Source of the DNA: a virus
Taxonomy: Duplodnaviria > Caudoviricetes
Length of the DNA stretch: 60,243 nt
IMG/VR virus record: IMGVR_UViG_3300024999_000110
Span: 1-60,243 of that record
Strand: one strand, 5' to 3'
Part shown: positions 36,040 to 46,600 of the stretch, piece after piece
Layout of the letters: every line of letters begins with the position of its first letter
How positions within the stretch are numbered: the first letter of the stretch is position 1
The notes under the pieces: model-generated
Seen by the model: only the letters and a program-made list of their open reading frames with translations
The model's database searches: none
Told to the model about the DNA's origin: nothing
Translations under genes and position numbers: made by a program

Positions 36040-38558
36040 TAATCCCTAGCATATCAACTACAGCATCACCGCAGAAAGAAGGTTCTTTCAATGCATTAGC
36101 TGTAGAGTGCGCTCCAACTGACAACATACTCACGGCTGAGATTGCTATGGTTGGCGAAGCTCCAGGCGAAATCGAAGTCCTGAAGAATGAACCTTTCGTA
36201 GGTCCAACAGGCTCTCAGCTTAATCGCATCTGCGCAGCAGTCAGACTAGCAAGATATAAAATCTATCTCACTAATGCTTGCAAAGCTAAGTTCCCCAAAA
36301 ACAATACCGCTGTCTTATGGACTGATAAAGGCTATCGGCATCCAGACTGGAGCAAGTTGCAAGCAGCACTAATTGACGAGCTTGCTCAATTTCCAGGCAA
36401 AATCATAATGTTGCTCGGTGCAACTCCAATGAGGTTATTGCTAGATGAGCCTAAGTTCGATTCAATTACAAAATATCGTGGTTCATTCTACCATGCTGAA
36501 GACTTCCCACATTTAAAAGAAAAACTGGCTGGCAAAATAATAGGTTTGTCTTACCACCCATCTTTCACCCTCCCATACGGGCAGCCAATCCACTTTTATA
36601 CAATGATTGCAGACTTCACGAAAGCCTTGCGGATTATTGAAGATCCAGAATTGCTTACTGATAATGTGGAAATAAAAATCAAGCCTAGCTTTGAAGAAAT
36701 CATGCAGTTCTACGCATTGATTAAGACAAAGCAATATGTAGCCTTTGACATCGAGGCTACGCCAGAATTTATTACCTGCTATTCATTGGCTGTATATCAC
36801 GATAACAAGATTCTATCCATGTCTGTTCCTCTAATGAACAACCAGGGCAATTATTGGACAACAGGAGAAGAGATAAAAATCTGGACTGGCTTAGCTGAAA
36901 TACTTAACAATGAAGCAATCGGCAAGATTTGTCAAAATGGAATGTTCGATATCATGTTTACTTTCCGCACCATGATGATTAAAACAGATAACTTTTATTT
37001 TGATACAATGCTTGCCCAGCATATATGTTATACGGAACTTCCAAAAGGACTTGATTACCTGACTTCAACATACACCTACTATCCCTATTACAAAGACGAA
37101 GGAAAGCAATCTCACCTTAAGGCTATCAAGAACTGGCCACAATACTGGACATATAATGCCAAAGACTCAGCATACTTATTGCCAATAACTGAAAAGCTCC
37201 TTGAAGAGTTAGGCGAATTTGATTCTATGGATGCTATGGATTATACAATGAACCTCCATAAGCCATTAATAGAAATGGAATTCAATGGCATCCTGACTGA
37301 TCAGAAAGGGATTAGTAAAAGAAAAAAAGCCCTTGAAAGAATACTTAGACTTCTTCAATATAAGTTAAATAAATTAACTGGTAAAGAACTTAATCAAGGT
37401 TCATCGAAGCAGATGATCGCTTATTTCTACGGCCTTTGTATGATCAAGCCATACGTGAATCGCAAAACTGGAGCTATCTCTTGTGATGCTGTAGCAATGC
37501 ATAGGATAGCAAAGAAAGGAATTAAAGGATCTGAAGAAGCTAGACTTATTATTAAAATGCGAGGATATCAAAAACTTTTATCTACTTATTTTAATGTTAC
37601 TGTAGATGAAGATGATAAACTTAGATGTAATCATAAAATAACTGGCACAGTTTCAGGACGTATTTCTACTGAAAAAACTTATCAAGGCACAGGAACAAAT
37701 CTGCAAAACCAGCCTTATATGTTTAAGTATTATCTCATTGCTGATCCAGATTGGATTATGTGTGAGTGTGATCTTGCAAAGGCAGAGGCTCATGTAGTTG
37801 CATACCTAACTCAAGATGCCAACATGATTCAGTCATTCGAGTCTGGCATAGATGTTCACAGTTTTAATGCTAGCAAAATATTTAATGTTCCAATTGAAGA
37901 CGTTATTTATGAGGCAAAGAATAAAAAAGCTGATCAGAAATCTACAATGCGTTACATAGGCAAAAAAGTAGTTCATGCAGCCAATTACAGCATGGGGCCA
38001 CAGACTTTCTCTGACAATCTTGCTAAAGAAGAAGTTTTTATGTCTCAGTCAGAGTGCAAGAGATTACTTGATAATTATTCTGACAGATTTCCTGGCTTGA
38101 AACGCTGGCATAGATCAATCGAAGAAGAGGTTCAAAAGAACAGGGTTCTCTACAACTTATTTGGTCGGCCTCGCAGGTTTTTAGGTGAAATGAATGCAGC
38201 ACTATTCAGAAATGCCTATAGCTACAAGCCTCAATCAACAGTCGCAGAGTTGCTCAATCGTGGAATGATTAAAGTAGTCAACGATCCCAGGCTGGGCAAA
38301 GATGGATTTGACATTCGTTGCATGACAACTGTTCACGACTCGTTTGTATTCAGGTTTCACAAAAGCCAAATAGCAAACTTACCTCAGATCCTTCTTATCA
38401 TTAAAGATCATCTGACACATACATTTACTTACAAAGGAAAAAGTTTCACTATTGGCTTGGATGCCAAGATCGGCACCCAATGGGCTGGCAACACGGCTGA
38501 AATCAGTAAGTTTACTCAAGAAGAATGTGATAAAGCAATTTCTAAAATAGGATTCTAA
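36036..38558 (+). CDS. polA: Family A DNA polymerase with N-terminal family 4-like uracil-DNA glycosylase domain and 3'-5' exonuclease
   Basis: UDG: VGEAPG..E....PFVG.TG, LLGAT, YHPS. Exo: FDIE, NGMFD, YNAKD. Pol: DLAKAE (A), R...KKVVHAANY (B), VHDS (C). Confidence 0.93.
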   Translation: MIIPSISTTASPQKEGSFNALAVECAPTDNILTAEIAMVGEAPGEIEVLKNEPFVGPTGSQLNRICAAVRLARYKIYLTNACKAKFPKNNTAVLWTDKGYRHPDWSKLQAALIDELAQFPGKIIMLLGATPMRLLLDEPKFDSITKYRGSFYHAEDFPHLKEKLAGKIIGLSYHPSFTLPYGQPIHFYTMIADFTKALRIIEDPELLTDNVEIKIKPSFEEIMQFYALIKTKQYVAFDIEATPEFITCYSLAVYHDNKILSMSVPLMNNQGNYWTTGEEIKIWTGLAEILNNEAIGKICQNGMFDIMFTFRTMMIKTDNFYFDTMLAQHICYTELPKGLDYLTSTYTYYPYYKDEGKQSHLKAIKNWPQYWTYNAKDSAYLLPITEKLLEELGEFDSMDAMDYTMNLHKPLIEMEFNGILTDQKGISKRKKALERILRLLQYKLNKLTGKELNQGSSKQMIAYFYGLCMIKPYVNRKTGAISCDAVAMHRIAKKGIKGSEEARLIIKMRGYQKLLSTYFNVTVDEDDKLRCNHKITGTVSGRISTEKTYQGTGTNLQNQPYMFKYYLIADPDWIMCECDLAKAEAHVVAYLTQDANMIQSFESGIDVHSFNASKIFNVPIEDVIYEAKNKKADQKSTMRYIGKKVVHAANYSMGPQTFSDNLAKEEVFMSQSECKRLLDNYSDRFPGLKRWHRSIEEEVQKNRVLYNLFGRPRRFLGEMNAALFRNAYSYKPQSTVAELLNRGMIKVVNDPRLGKDGFDIRCMTTVHDSFVFRFHKSQIANLPQILLIIKDHLTHTFTYKGKSFTIGLDAKIGTQWAGNTAEISKFTQEECDKAISKIGF

Positions 38559-38560
38559 TA

Positions 38561-38884
38561 ATGAATAAAGATAGAATTTATTATCAATTAAAATTAATGT
38601 CAGAGTTATGTAGAACAGTTGGTGGAAATTATATAATAATTCTTCCAACCATGAGTGGAATTGATAATGTTATATCATATTATTCAGAAGAATTATTATC
38701 TGATTTTACTTTGAATAAAAATCAAAGAGTTTATAGAAATGAAAAAGGAAGTATAAGATTAACTATTCCTCTTATGGAAAAATTAGGTGGATTAGAAGTT
38801 ACTGATTTTTGGATAGATGAAGAAGTAGATAATTATTTTAATATTAATTTATACTTAAAAAGTAGAAAGTTAAGATCAAAATAA
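38561..38884 (+). CDS. AT-rich hypothetical protein, possible P-loop ATPase fragment
   Basis: LGGLEVTDFWIDE resembles a terminase-type Walker B region; no Walker A. Confidence 0.45.
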   Translation: MNKDRIYYQLKLMSELCRTVGGNYIIILPTMSGIDNVISYYSEELLSDFTLNKNQRVYRNEKGSIRLTIPLMEKLGGLEVTDFWIDEEVDNYFNINLYLKSRKLRSK

Positions 38885-38963
38885 ATAAAATATTACTTTA
38901 CAGAGCCAATAAAATGGGAAAGCCCATTCAACAATCGTATGTCGCTATTCAAGGAACCTTTTC

Positions 38964-40235
38964 ATGTCGAGGCAATTAGATAATTGGTTAGCTCACTATA
39001 TGAAGTACACACAGCGAACAGAGCCTCCAGAACTATATCATCTTTGGAGCGGACTGACTGCAATAGCTTCTGCCTTGCGAAGAAAGTGCTATTGTAACTG
39101 GGGAGCACTACGAGGCTATGTTTATCCTAATTTATTCGTTTCCCTAGTCGGACCTCCTGGAGGTCGGAAAGGCACAGCCATGAAAATTGCAAAGAGCTTT
39201 GTACAAAAACTAGACGTTAATATCGGTGCAGATTCTCTAGGATCAACCCAGGCACTCTATAGAGAACTCATGGACAGCGAAGATACTTATGTTGACCATG
39301 CTGGGCTTACTCGCAAGCATAAGAGCGTATCAATCTGGTCAGAAGAATTTCAAGTCTTCTTGAACGACAGAGATCAGATGCTCCTAGCATCCCTAACCGA
39401 TCTGTTCGATTGTGCAGATACTTGGAAGTATAAAACCTTAGCAAGAAAGACTGAAGACATATCCAATTGTTGGCTAACGCTTTTTGGTTGCATAACTCCT
39501 AGTCTTTTGCAATCTAAACTGAGTCAAGATGCAGTTGGTGGTGGTCTAATCTCTCGGATTATTTTCGTAGTTGGCCAGGGTCCAAAGCAAAGAAGAGCCT
39601 TGCAGTTTTTAACTGAAGAGGAGGAAGATACACAAAAAAGATTAGAAAACGACCTGCAAGAGATTGCAAACTTATCTGGACAGTTCACATTAAGTAAGGA
39701 TTTTCTCAAGACTTATGTTCGTTGGTATGAGCAAGATTATGACGAGTCAGGTGTGCCATCAGAGCGATTTCTCGGCTATAATCACAGGCGGCCACTTCAT
39801 TTGAATAAGGTCTGCATGCTTGTAGCTGCTGCCGAGTCTGACGACATGATTATCACGGCTGAACATTTCGAGCAAGCTTTGGCAATAATGCAAGCTACAG
39901 AACTTGAAATGCCAAACGCTTTCTATGGACTTGGATTGTCCAGTCAAGCTAACATCTATGCCAAGATACTGTCATTCATTGATAATCACGAATCTTTTGA
40001 GTGGACAGAACTGGTTAGGAACTTTCACCTGGATGTAGACAACATACCTCAGCTACGAGGCTATGTTGAAATGGCTGAGCAATCTGGGATACTCAAAGCA
40101 GAGAATTCTGCTACAACTTGCAGATATACCACAATTCGTAAGCAACAAAAGCTTCGTGACCCAACGTATCTTGATAGAACAGTCTTTAGATTGATGGACA
40201 GAAATGTTATTAAAAATCAAATGGAGAAAAACTGA
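38964..40235 (+). CDS. DUF3987/YfjI-like P-loop protein, probable replicative helicase
   Basis: YPNLFV.LVGPPGGRKGT, IWSEEF, LTDLFD, GLISRIIFV; next to the polymerase. Confidence 0.75.
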   Translation: MSRQLDNWLAHYMKYTQRTEPPELYHLWSGLTAIASALRRKCYCNWGALRGYVYPNLFVSLVGPPGGRKGTAMKIAKSFVQKLDVNIGADSLGSTQALYRELMDSEDTYVDHAGLTRKHKSVSIWSEEFQVFLNDRDQMLLASLTDLFDCADTWKYKTLARKTEDISNCWLTLFGCITPSLLQSKLSQDAVGGGLISRIIFVVGQGPKQRRALQFLTEEEEDTQKRLENDLQEIANLSGQFTLSKDFLKTYVRWYEQDYDESGVPSERFLGYNHRRPLHLNKVCMLVAAAESDDMIITAEHFEQALAIMQATELEMPNAFYGLGLSSQANIYAKILSFIDNHESFEWTELVRNFHLDVDNIPQLRGYVEMAEQSGILKAENSATTCRYTTIRKQQKLRDPTYLDRTVFRLMDRNVIKNQMEKN

Positions 40236-40859
40236 ATGACACCAGCTACAAAAGTACTCTTTTTCGACACTGAAACATCTGACTTTATTAAAAAAGCTCT
40301 TTCTGCCAATGATCCCGAGCAAGCCTGGACAGTACAGATCGGAGCAATTCTTGCCAGCCAAGAAGAAGAATTTGATCAAATGAATGTCATCATCAAAAGT
40401 AATGGCCGGTCAATGAATTATTATGCTCAAGAGGTTCATGGCATCACCATTGAACGAGCCGACCAAGAAGGCATTGAAGAACTTGAGGCAGCAGAAAGAT
40501 TTGGCCTAATGCTCCGAGAAGCTGACCTAGTTGTCTGTCATAACTTTGCTTTTGATTGGAACTATGTTTACCAGATGATGGAACGCAACCTGGAAGAATT
40601 ATCTGACCTGGCGAGAAGTGCATTTTATCTTGATCTGCCAAACCATTGTACCATGAAAGATAAGAATGTGGTAAAAATGTGTGGCCTAAAGAACAAGGCT
40701 GGACGTGCAAAATGGCCAAAGCTAACCGAGTTGCACGAGCACTTATTTGGTGAATGCTTTGATGGAGCACATGATGCGTATGCAGACATAACTGCAACCA
40801 AGCGATGCTTTTTTGAGTTGGTGAATCGAGGAATTGTTATTCCTAATCTAGAGGGTTAA
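40236..40859 (+). CDS. DEDDh 3'-5' exonuclease (DnaQ-like)
   Basis: FFDTETS, VHGIT, HNFAFD, AHDAYAD. Confidence 0.9.
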   Translation: MTPATKVLFFDTETSDFIKKALSANDPEQAWTVQIGAILASQEEEFDQMNVIIKSNGRSMNYYAQEVHGITIERADQEGIEELEAAERFGLMLREADLVVCHNFAFDWNYVYQMMERNLEELSDLARSAFYLDLPNHCTMKDKNVVKMCGLKNKAGRAKWPKLTELHEHLFGECFDGAHDAYADITATKRCFFELVNRGIVIPNLEG

Positions 40860-40860
40860 T

Positions 40861-41037
40861 ATGACTATGGATAAAAATATAATGCTATCTTATCTACGTA
40901 ACCCTTATGGTATTGATGAACTTGAATTACGCACAGCAAGATTACAAGCTGCTGATGAACTTGAAAGGCTTTACAGAATTGAAAAAGGATTGAAAGAGAT
41001 TGTAGCAAAAATAGAAAAACATAATAATGGAGCTTAA
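40861..41037 (+). CDS. Small hypothetical protein (58 aa)
   Basis: Not in the ORF track; GAGG RBS; MTMDKNIMLSYLRNPYG...AADELERL. Confidence 0.6.
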   Translation: MTMDKNIMLSYLRNPYGIDELELRTARLQAADELERLYRIEKGLKEIVAKIEKHNNGA

Positions 41038-41039
41038 CT

Positions 41040-41372
41040 ATGCAAATTGATCCTTGTCCCTCAGAAGAAGATTATGACACTGGTCCTTCATTACGTGCAT
41101 CAGAATGGTTAAAGTTTAGTAAAAGAGTATTCAATCATATTGAATCTTATACTGTTCCGCAATACGGAGATAAAGGATCAGATCAATGTTCAGAATTTAG
41201 CGAAGCTGACTTTATCACTCAGATGAAAAAATACCTCAATAGGTATGGAAAAAACTCTCGTGAAGGCCAACAGAGGCTTGACCTGCTAAAGATTGCACAC
41301 TATGCAGGGATGCTTTATACAAAGTTAGCTGAAGAAGAACAAGAATTGAATAAAATCATTATGCATGAATAA
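41040..41372 (+). CDS. DUF3310-like protein (possible nucleotide kinase/hydrolase)
   Basis: KYLNRYGKN..G...DLLKIAHY resembles the KY..R...K....DL.KA..Y family signature. Confidence 0.5.
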   Translation: MQIDPCPSEEDYDTGPSLRASEWLKFSKRVFNHIESYTVPQYGDKGSDQCSEFSEADFITQMKKYLNRYGKNSREGQQRLDLLKIAHYAGMLYTKLAEEEQELNKIIMHE

Positions 41373-41586
41373 GGATATTTATAGAAATTCAAAAATTCAT
41401 AATCACTATCCAATGGGGAAAAGGTATGCATTATGTTGCATCTACTTGTGCAACTGAAAAACGTGCGTCAGAATTAGTTGTTTTCCATACTGGAAGATGT
41501 GATAAATTAAAACTTAAAACCAGACGTGGAGCTAAAGCAACTGTTCGATCATGGCAATTAGTAACAGAGTCTAAGTGAATAAATTT

Positions 41587-41811
41587 ATGAAGAAACTAAC
41601 TGAATTAGATCTACAGAATGCTCTAGATGAGTGCGAATTATTACAATTCAAATCTCACGGAGACTGGCTGGCTGGAATGGTCAAGCGATTGAATATTACA
41701 CTTGGTAGTATAACAGAGAAGAAAATTGTTAAAGGTTTTCCTAAGTCTGCAAAACAAACTGTGATTAAAACTGGCAATTCTGTTGAACCAGAAGTTCCAT
41801 GCATTAGCTGA
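41587..41811 (+). CDS. Hypothetical protein
   Basis: Co-directional ORF starting MKKLTELD. Confidence 0.55.
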   Translation: MKKLTELDLQNALDECELLQFKSHGDWLAGMVKRLNITLGSITEKKIVKGFPKSAKQTVIKTGNSVEPEVPCIS

Positions 41812-42025
41812 AGTGATTAACTACACCTGGAGGGTGTAATAAAATACTGGAGGTCACATAAATGAGTAATGAAATGCTTCTTGTGTTTATAACTAATCTA
41901 TATGCAATAGGATTTAATTTTTTAACACTTTCATCAAAAGATCTTCCACGATTTATTTCATACCATGGATATTTACTTTGGATATTAGCAGTAATTAATT
42001 CTTTCATTATGATGAATATAAAATA

Positions 42026-42223
42026 ATGTCAATGATATTCAAAACTATAGTGCTGCAAAAACTTCAAGCCTTCTTACTTTCTCGGGAAGCGGAGCCAACT
42101 AGAGATGCAGCCAACGTAATAATTCCTGATGGAGTTACAGCAGCAGCCACTGTACAAGCAATTAAAGATTGTATTAAAATAGTTGAAGGAACAAATAATG
42201 AAATCACATCTGAAAACACTTGA
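42026..42223 (+). CDS. Hypothetical protein
   Basis: 65-aa co-directional ORF. Confidence 0.55.
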   Translation: MSMIFKTIVLQKLQAFLLSREAEPTRDAANVIIPDGVTAAATVQAIKDCIKIVEGTNNEITSENT

Positions 42224-42452
42224 CAAAGCTGGTATTAATGCTCCATTGCTTCGAGAGTTTCTTACTAAAGATCTAACAGAGGCTAGTATAATTGCTATTA
42301 ATGAAAAGATAAAGCAGCTTAATTATCAGATACAAGTTCTATCTGAGATACAAGTGCAATTAAGGAATAAATCAAAAGACTGTACAATTGATTCCAAAGA
42401 GGATTTGCATAATGATTTGATAGCAGCCTTGGCTCATGATGATGGAGAATGA
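42198..42452 (+). CDS. Hypothetical protein
   Basis: AAGGA RBS before MKSHLK. Confidence 0.6.
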   Translation: MKSHLKTLDKAGINAPLLREFLTKDLTEASIIAINEKIKQLNYQIQVLSEIQVQLRNKSKDCTIDSKEDLHNDLIAALAHDDGE

Positions 42453-42456
42453 AATT

Positions 42457-43323
42457 ATGAAAATAATCAAACCAAGCGTTGAATATTTTGGAGAAGTACC
42501 GACAGAATATAATGCCGCTCTTAAGTTTATCGAGATGGCCGGCAGAACTTGCTACAAGTCAGAAGACAAGATCACTGAAGATAGTGCCAAGGGATTTGTT
42601 CGGAAGCTGAGCAAGGCTGGGCATCTGGCTATGGTTGAGCACTCAAATTTTGTGGTGCGAACTAACAACAGTTTCACTCCTACATATATTGCATTGATGA
42701 CAGAACAGTTAGGAAAATATATTAATGTCAAAGTATGGAAAGACTTTATTTATGTAGGCGGTAGTTTAACAGCATGGGCGCAAATAACCATGGAGATTAG
42801 GTACGCTGCAGTGCTTGTCCCATTTGTGAAAATATATGGAAAGTTGTTTAATCAAAGTATGGTAGCGATGCATTCATCTTGGGAAGTCTGCTCCCATGAC
42901 GAAATCCCCAAGGAGCTTCACCGCTACTCGGCAAAATTCATTTGTGATCGTGGGGTCAGCCATGAGTTAGTGCGGCATCGACCATGCTCGTTTGCTCAGG
43001 AATCAACCAGGTATGTGAATTATGGCGGTAAGAATATGGAGTTTATTGAACCAGAAGGTTTTGATGACTGGAAGACATATGATAAAGATGTATTTCTTGG
43101 TGCTTGCAGGCAAGCTGAAGGAAATTATAATTGGCTTCTGGATGGGAAAACTTGTTCGCCCCAACAAGCCCGAGCCGTCCTACCTAATGCTTTGAAGACT
43201 GAGATCGTAGTCACAGCAGATGCAGCTGAATGGACTCATATCAGAAAGCTACGAACAGCTAAATCTGCTCATCCTGATATGCAGCGAGTCATGAATATGA
43301 TGCCTTGGGAGGAGTTCTTATGA
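42457..43323 (+). CDS. thyX: Flavin-dependent thymidylate synthase
   Basis: GRTCYKS, GH.AMVEH, DRGVSHELVRHR..SFAQESTRY, QQARAVLP, AHPDM. Confidence 0.95.
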   Translation: MKIIKPSVEYFGEVPTEYNAALKFIEMAGRTCYKSEDKITEDSAKGFVRKLSKAGHLAMVEHSNFVVRTNNSFTPTYIALMTEQLGKYINVKVWKDFIYVGGSLTAWAQITMEIRYAAVLVPFVKIYGKLFNQSMVAMHSSWEVCSHDEIPKELHRYSAKFICDRGVSHELVRHRPCSFAQESTRYVNYGGKNMEFIEPEGFDDWKTYDKDVFLGACRQAEGNYNWLLDGKTCSPQQARAVLPNALKTEIVVTADAAEWTHIRKLRTAKSAHPDMQRVMNMMPWEEFL

Positions 43324-43541
43324 TTCAATATTTTACTATTCCAGTAGCATTGTTATTTGGTTTATTAGCTATTTACAAAGGAACTATTAAAGCAAAGCGT
43401 GAGAATCTTATTTCTGTACGATACAAATTGCATAGTGAAGCAAGCGTATTGGCATTCACAGCAAGTGTAATTGCTCTTCTTGGTTTATTATTTGATCAGA
43501 TACTCAAAGCCATATATGGGCATTATATATACTTTCTCTAA
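43320..43541 (+). CDS. Small two-TM membrane protein
   Basis: Two hydrophobic segments; GGAGG RBS; ATGA overlap with thyX. Confidence 0.55.
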   Translation: MIQYFTIPVALLFGLLAIYKGTIKAKRENLISVRYKLHSEASVLAFTASVIALLGLLFDQILKAIYGHYIYFL

Positions 43542-43567
43542 AAAAGATTAAAATAAAAAGGAATTAA

Positions 43568-43603
43568 TTGCTAGAGGTTACGTTGAATTGTAACCTCTAG
43601 CAA
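43568..43603. terminator. Hairpin between the convergent transcription units
   Basis: Perfect 14-bp inverted repeat TTGCTAGAGGTTAC/GTAACCTCTAGCAA. Confidence 0.75.
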
Positions 43604-43608
43604 CTTGC

Positions 43609-46600
43609 TTATTGCACTGTATTTGTTACGTCAAAATATCTTTTCAAGATCACCTCTCGTTGCTGCTGCAACTGTCCAAGCCTCTCCCTAACATTTGTTG
43701 TCTGGTCAATCTTTTTCAGCTTATTAATTACTGCTTGGTTTCGATTGAGAGCACTTTGAAAATTTTCATGCATCTTCATTTGCTTGAAGTCATCCAGGTT
43801 TGAATTCAAGAAAGTTCGTTTGTCTTCCGAGTTTTCGAGTTGCTTCTTGAAGATGGCTACTTCCTTGCTGATCTTACCAAACTCTTGTTCGTTGTTACTC
43901 TTCTTATAGTCTTCACCTCGTCCGTAATGCCAATAATAAAGCTTACCACCAATTGGGATTGATTCAACAATTCTGACATGATCAAAATCTATTGTATCTC
44001 CCGTAATGTAGGATCCATACAATTGGTTAAGATCCTTACTGATGGAGTTTACAAATCTGAATGGAGGCAAAATTTGTCCAAGCAATCCAGATCCCAAACC
44101 TTCCCTAGCAGTCTGCATCCGTACATACTTTGATGCTCCGCCCATGGTGAGGAAGTTCTCAATCACGTGGTCTTCAAACTTAGTTTCTTTCCCAAGCAGC
44201 AAGGCCTTCAATTCATCTGCACCAGCATTAGCAAGTGTAAGCAAACTTACCAGCTTGATCATGTTACCAATTCCTTCAATAACCTGATCTCGTTCGCCAG
44301 TCTTGATTTTGTGCCAAGCTTCATTTCTGAAAACATCAAACTGCTTGAGTGTGTATGTCTTGAGCATATAAAACACTCGACCATTTCCACTCTTGAGGTA
44401 CTGCTCTGACATTTCAGAAAGCGCAACAGGTTGGAAATCAAGCAAGCGATGATACAACAACATCTTCACGTTGTCTGTCGGATTCCCGGCAAGCAAATCA
44501 TTTATTACACTCTCAGATTGTGTTCCAAAGATCGGCTTGATTTGCTTCAACAATGTTTGTCGTCCAGCCTCAGTACTGGCCATAACCTTGTAGTTGCTAA
44601 ACGCATTGTTGATTAAAGTCTCTTTGCCGATAGAATCTATTCGTTCAAGCTGCACTTTTTTGAATACCCAACTTACTGCATTCCCTAGTGTCGTTCCGTC
44701 TGCAAACTCCTGGGCGATCCTCTCAATCCCTAAGTCTTCCTTAGTTATTTCAGACTTCTTAGTTATGGCTTTACCAACATTCTTAACTGTATCAGCTAGG
44801 CCACGTGGTGTCCATACCTTGCCTACATACATCGCCCAAGCTAAGTCTCCAATCTGCGTTAACGCAGATATAGGTGAACCCATTACGTCGATGTATGACA
44901 TATTTTTGTAAGCATTAACTATTCCTGTAGCTCCATGTTCGTGGAACCTAGCATCAAGAATATCTCTAACTACTTTTTCATCATCTGCCTGGATTCGACC
45001 AGACATTCGCAAGTCATTAATATATGTACCAATATTCTCAGTATAGTCTCTTTGCAGTTTGTACTTATCCAATTCTTGCTCTATTCTAATCAAGTCGCCT
45101 GAAACATCTTCTATGCGTGCAGTATTATTAGCCTTTTCATATTCTGTGAGCATTACCTGCTTTCGTTTCTTTTCAGTTTTCAGGCTTGCTATTCTCTCTG
45201 GAACCTTACCAAAGAATCTCCGTGCTTCAATTTTTTTGGTCATACTATAGATGTATTGCATCAATGCTGCATCACTGTCCATGTAAAACTTATTCAACTC
45301 TGGAGGAACAGTTTCATATTGCCTAGCCTGAATGTTGCCTGGTCCACCAATACCAAGGTTCCTTCCAAGTATTGTGTTGCTTGCAATATCAGCTGCCTGT
45401 TCAGGATATGCAAGTTCAAACTTTTCAACAGTCATACCCAGTTTGTCTGCATAAACTTTGATTGCATCAGTAATAACTGGTCGTTGAGAAATTCCTTTAG
45501 TTGCCTGCAAGAATCCTTCCTGATCTTTGATTATACGTGGCCAGTATTCTTCGATGAAACCTACATCATAACCAACATCAATTGCATCCTGCCTAATCTG
45601 ATCCAGGACTGATCGCAGCTTTTCTTGATCAGCGGTCATGTTGTATTTTTCTGCAATCTCTTTTATCTTAACCTCGTCTGAATTTCTCCTAGCTGCATCC
45701 CAAACAAACTTGTCTTGTGGACTCATTTGCTTAGTCTTTTCCAGGAGTGGGTGTGCAATTCGTAATGCAGTTACAATCTTTTGTGCAGTCCGAAAGTCTA
45801 GGTTTCTAATCTTTGCTCGGAGCATTGGATCTACGTTCTTAAGCCTAGTTGATATAGACCCCAATCCTTTGTCAATGAGCTGCTTAATTTCATGTCCACG
45901 CATACGAAGCATCTGACCAATTGTACGGACCAAGCTATTTCGTTCGCTGAACATTTGATAATAAACATCATCGCTAATCTTCTGCATTGGTGTTTCACGA
46001 ACCTCGAACATCGGCATACCTTCACGGAGTGCCTTAGATTTCATGCGATTCGTGATCGGAATAGAAAGAACATTTATTGAAAAATCCCATGAATCAAAAT
46101 CTAATGCTTGAGTAGAAAGAACATCATCATTATATTTTATTTCTTGTACTTCTTCAGCACTATAAAATATTTTAGTTGTACCATCAGTATAACGGACAAT
46201 CCATCTACCAGTATCTATCTTTAAATTATCACCACCAACATTTGTTACTTCAACTCTTGCATTTCCCCACTTGTTCTTATTGAACTCTGCATTGAAAGTA
46301 TTCGGAAGTATTTTATCATAAAACTCCTGCATTCCACGAAGTCTTTTAGCTTGTTCTTCTTCAGTACCTTGAGCATAACGATCAAACTGTTGCTGTCCAG
46401 TAGTCCATGCAATTTTATCAAAACCATTCTCAGCAGCATACCTGACCATTCGCTTCATGGCAAGGAGAGACCACTGAGTAGAGTTCTTGAATGGTGCATT
46501 GGGAACACCTTGAATAGCATATCTTTTAACTTCTCCCCCATTAATACTAGCAAACTTTTCAGCTTCTTCTCTTGTATCAAATGAAGCTTTTTCTATAGCG

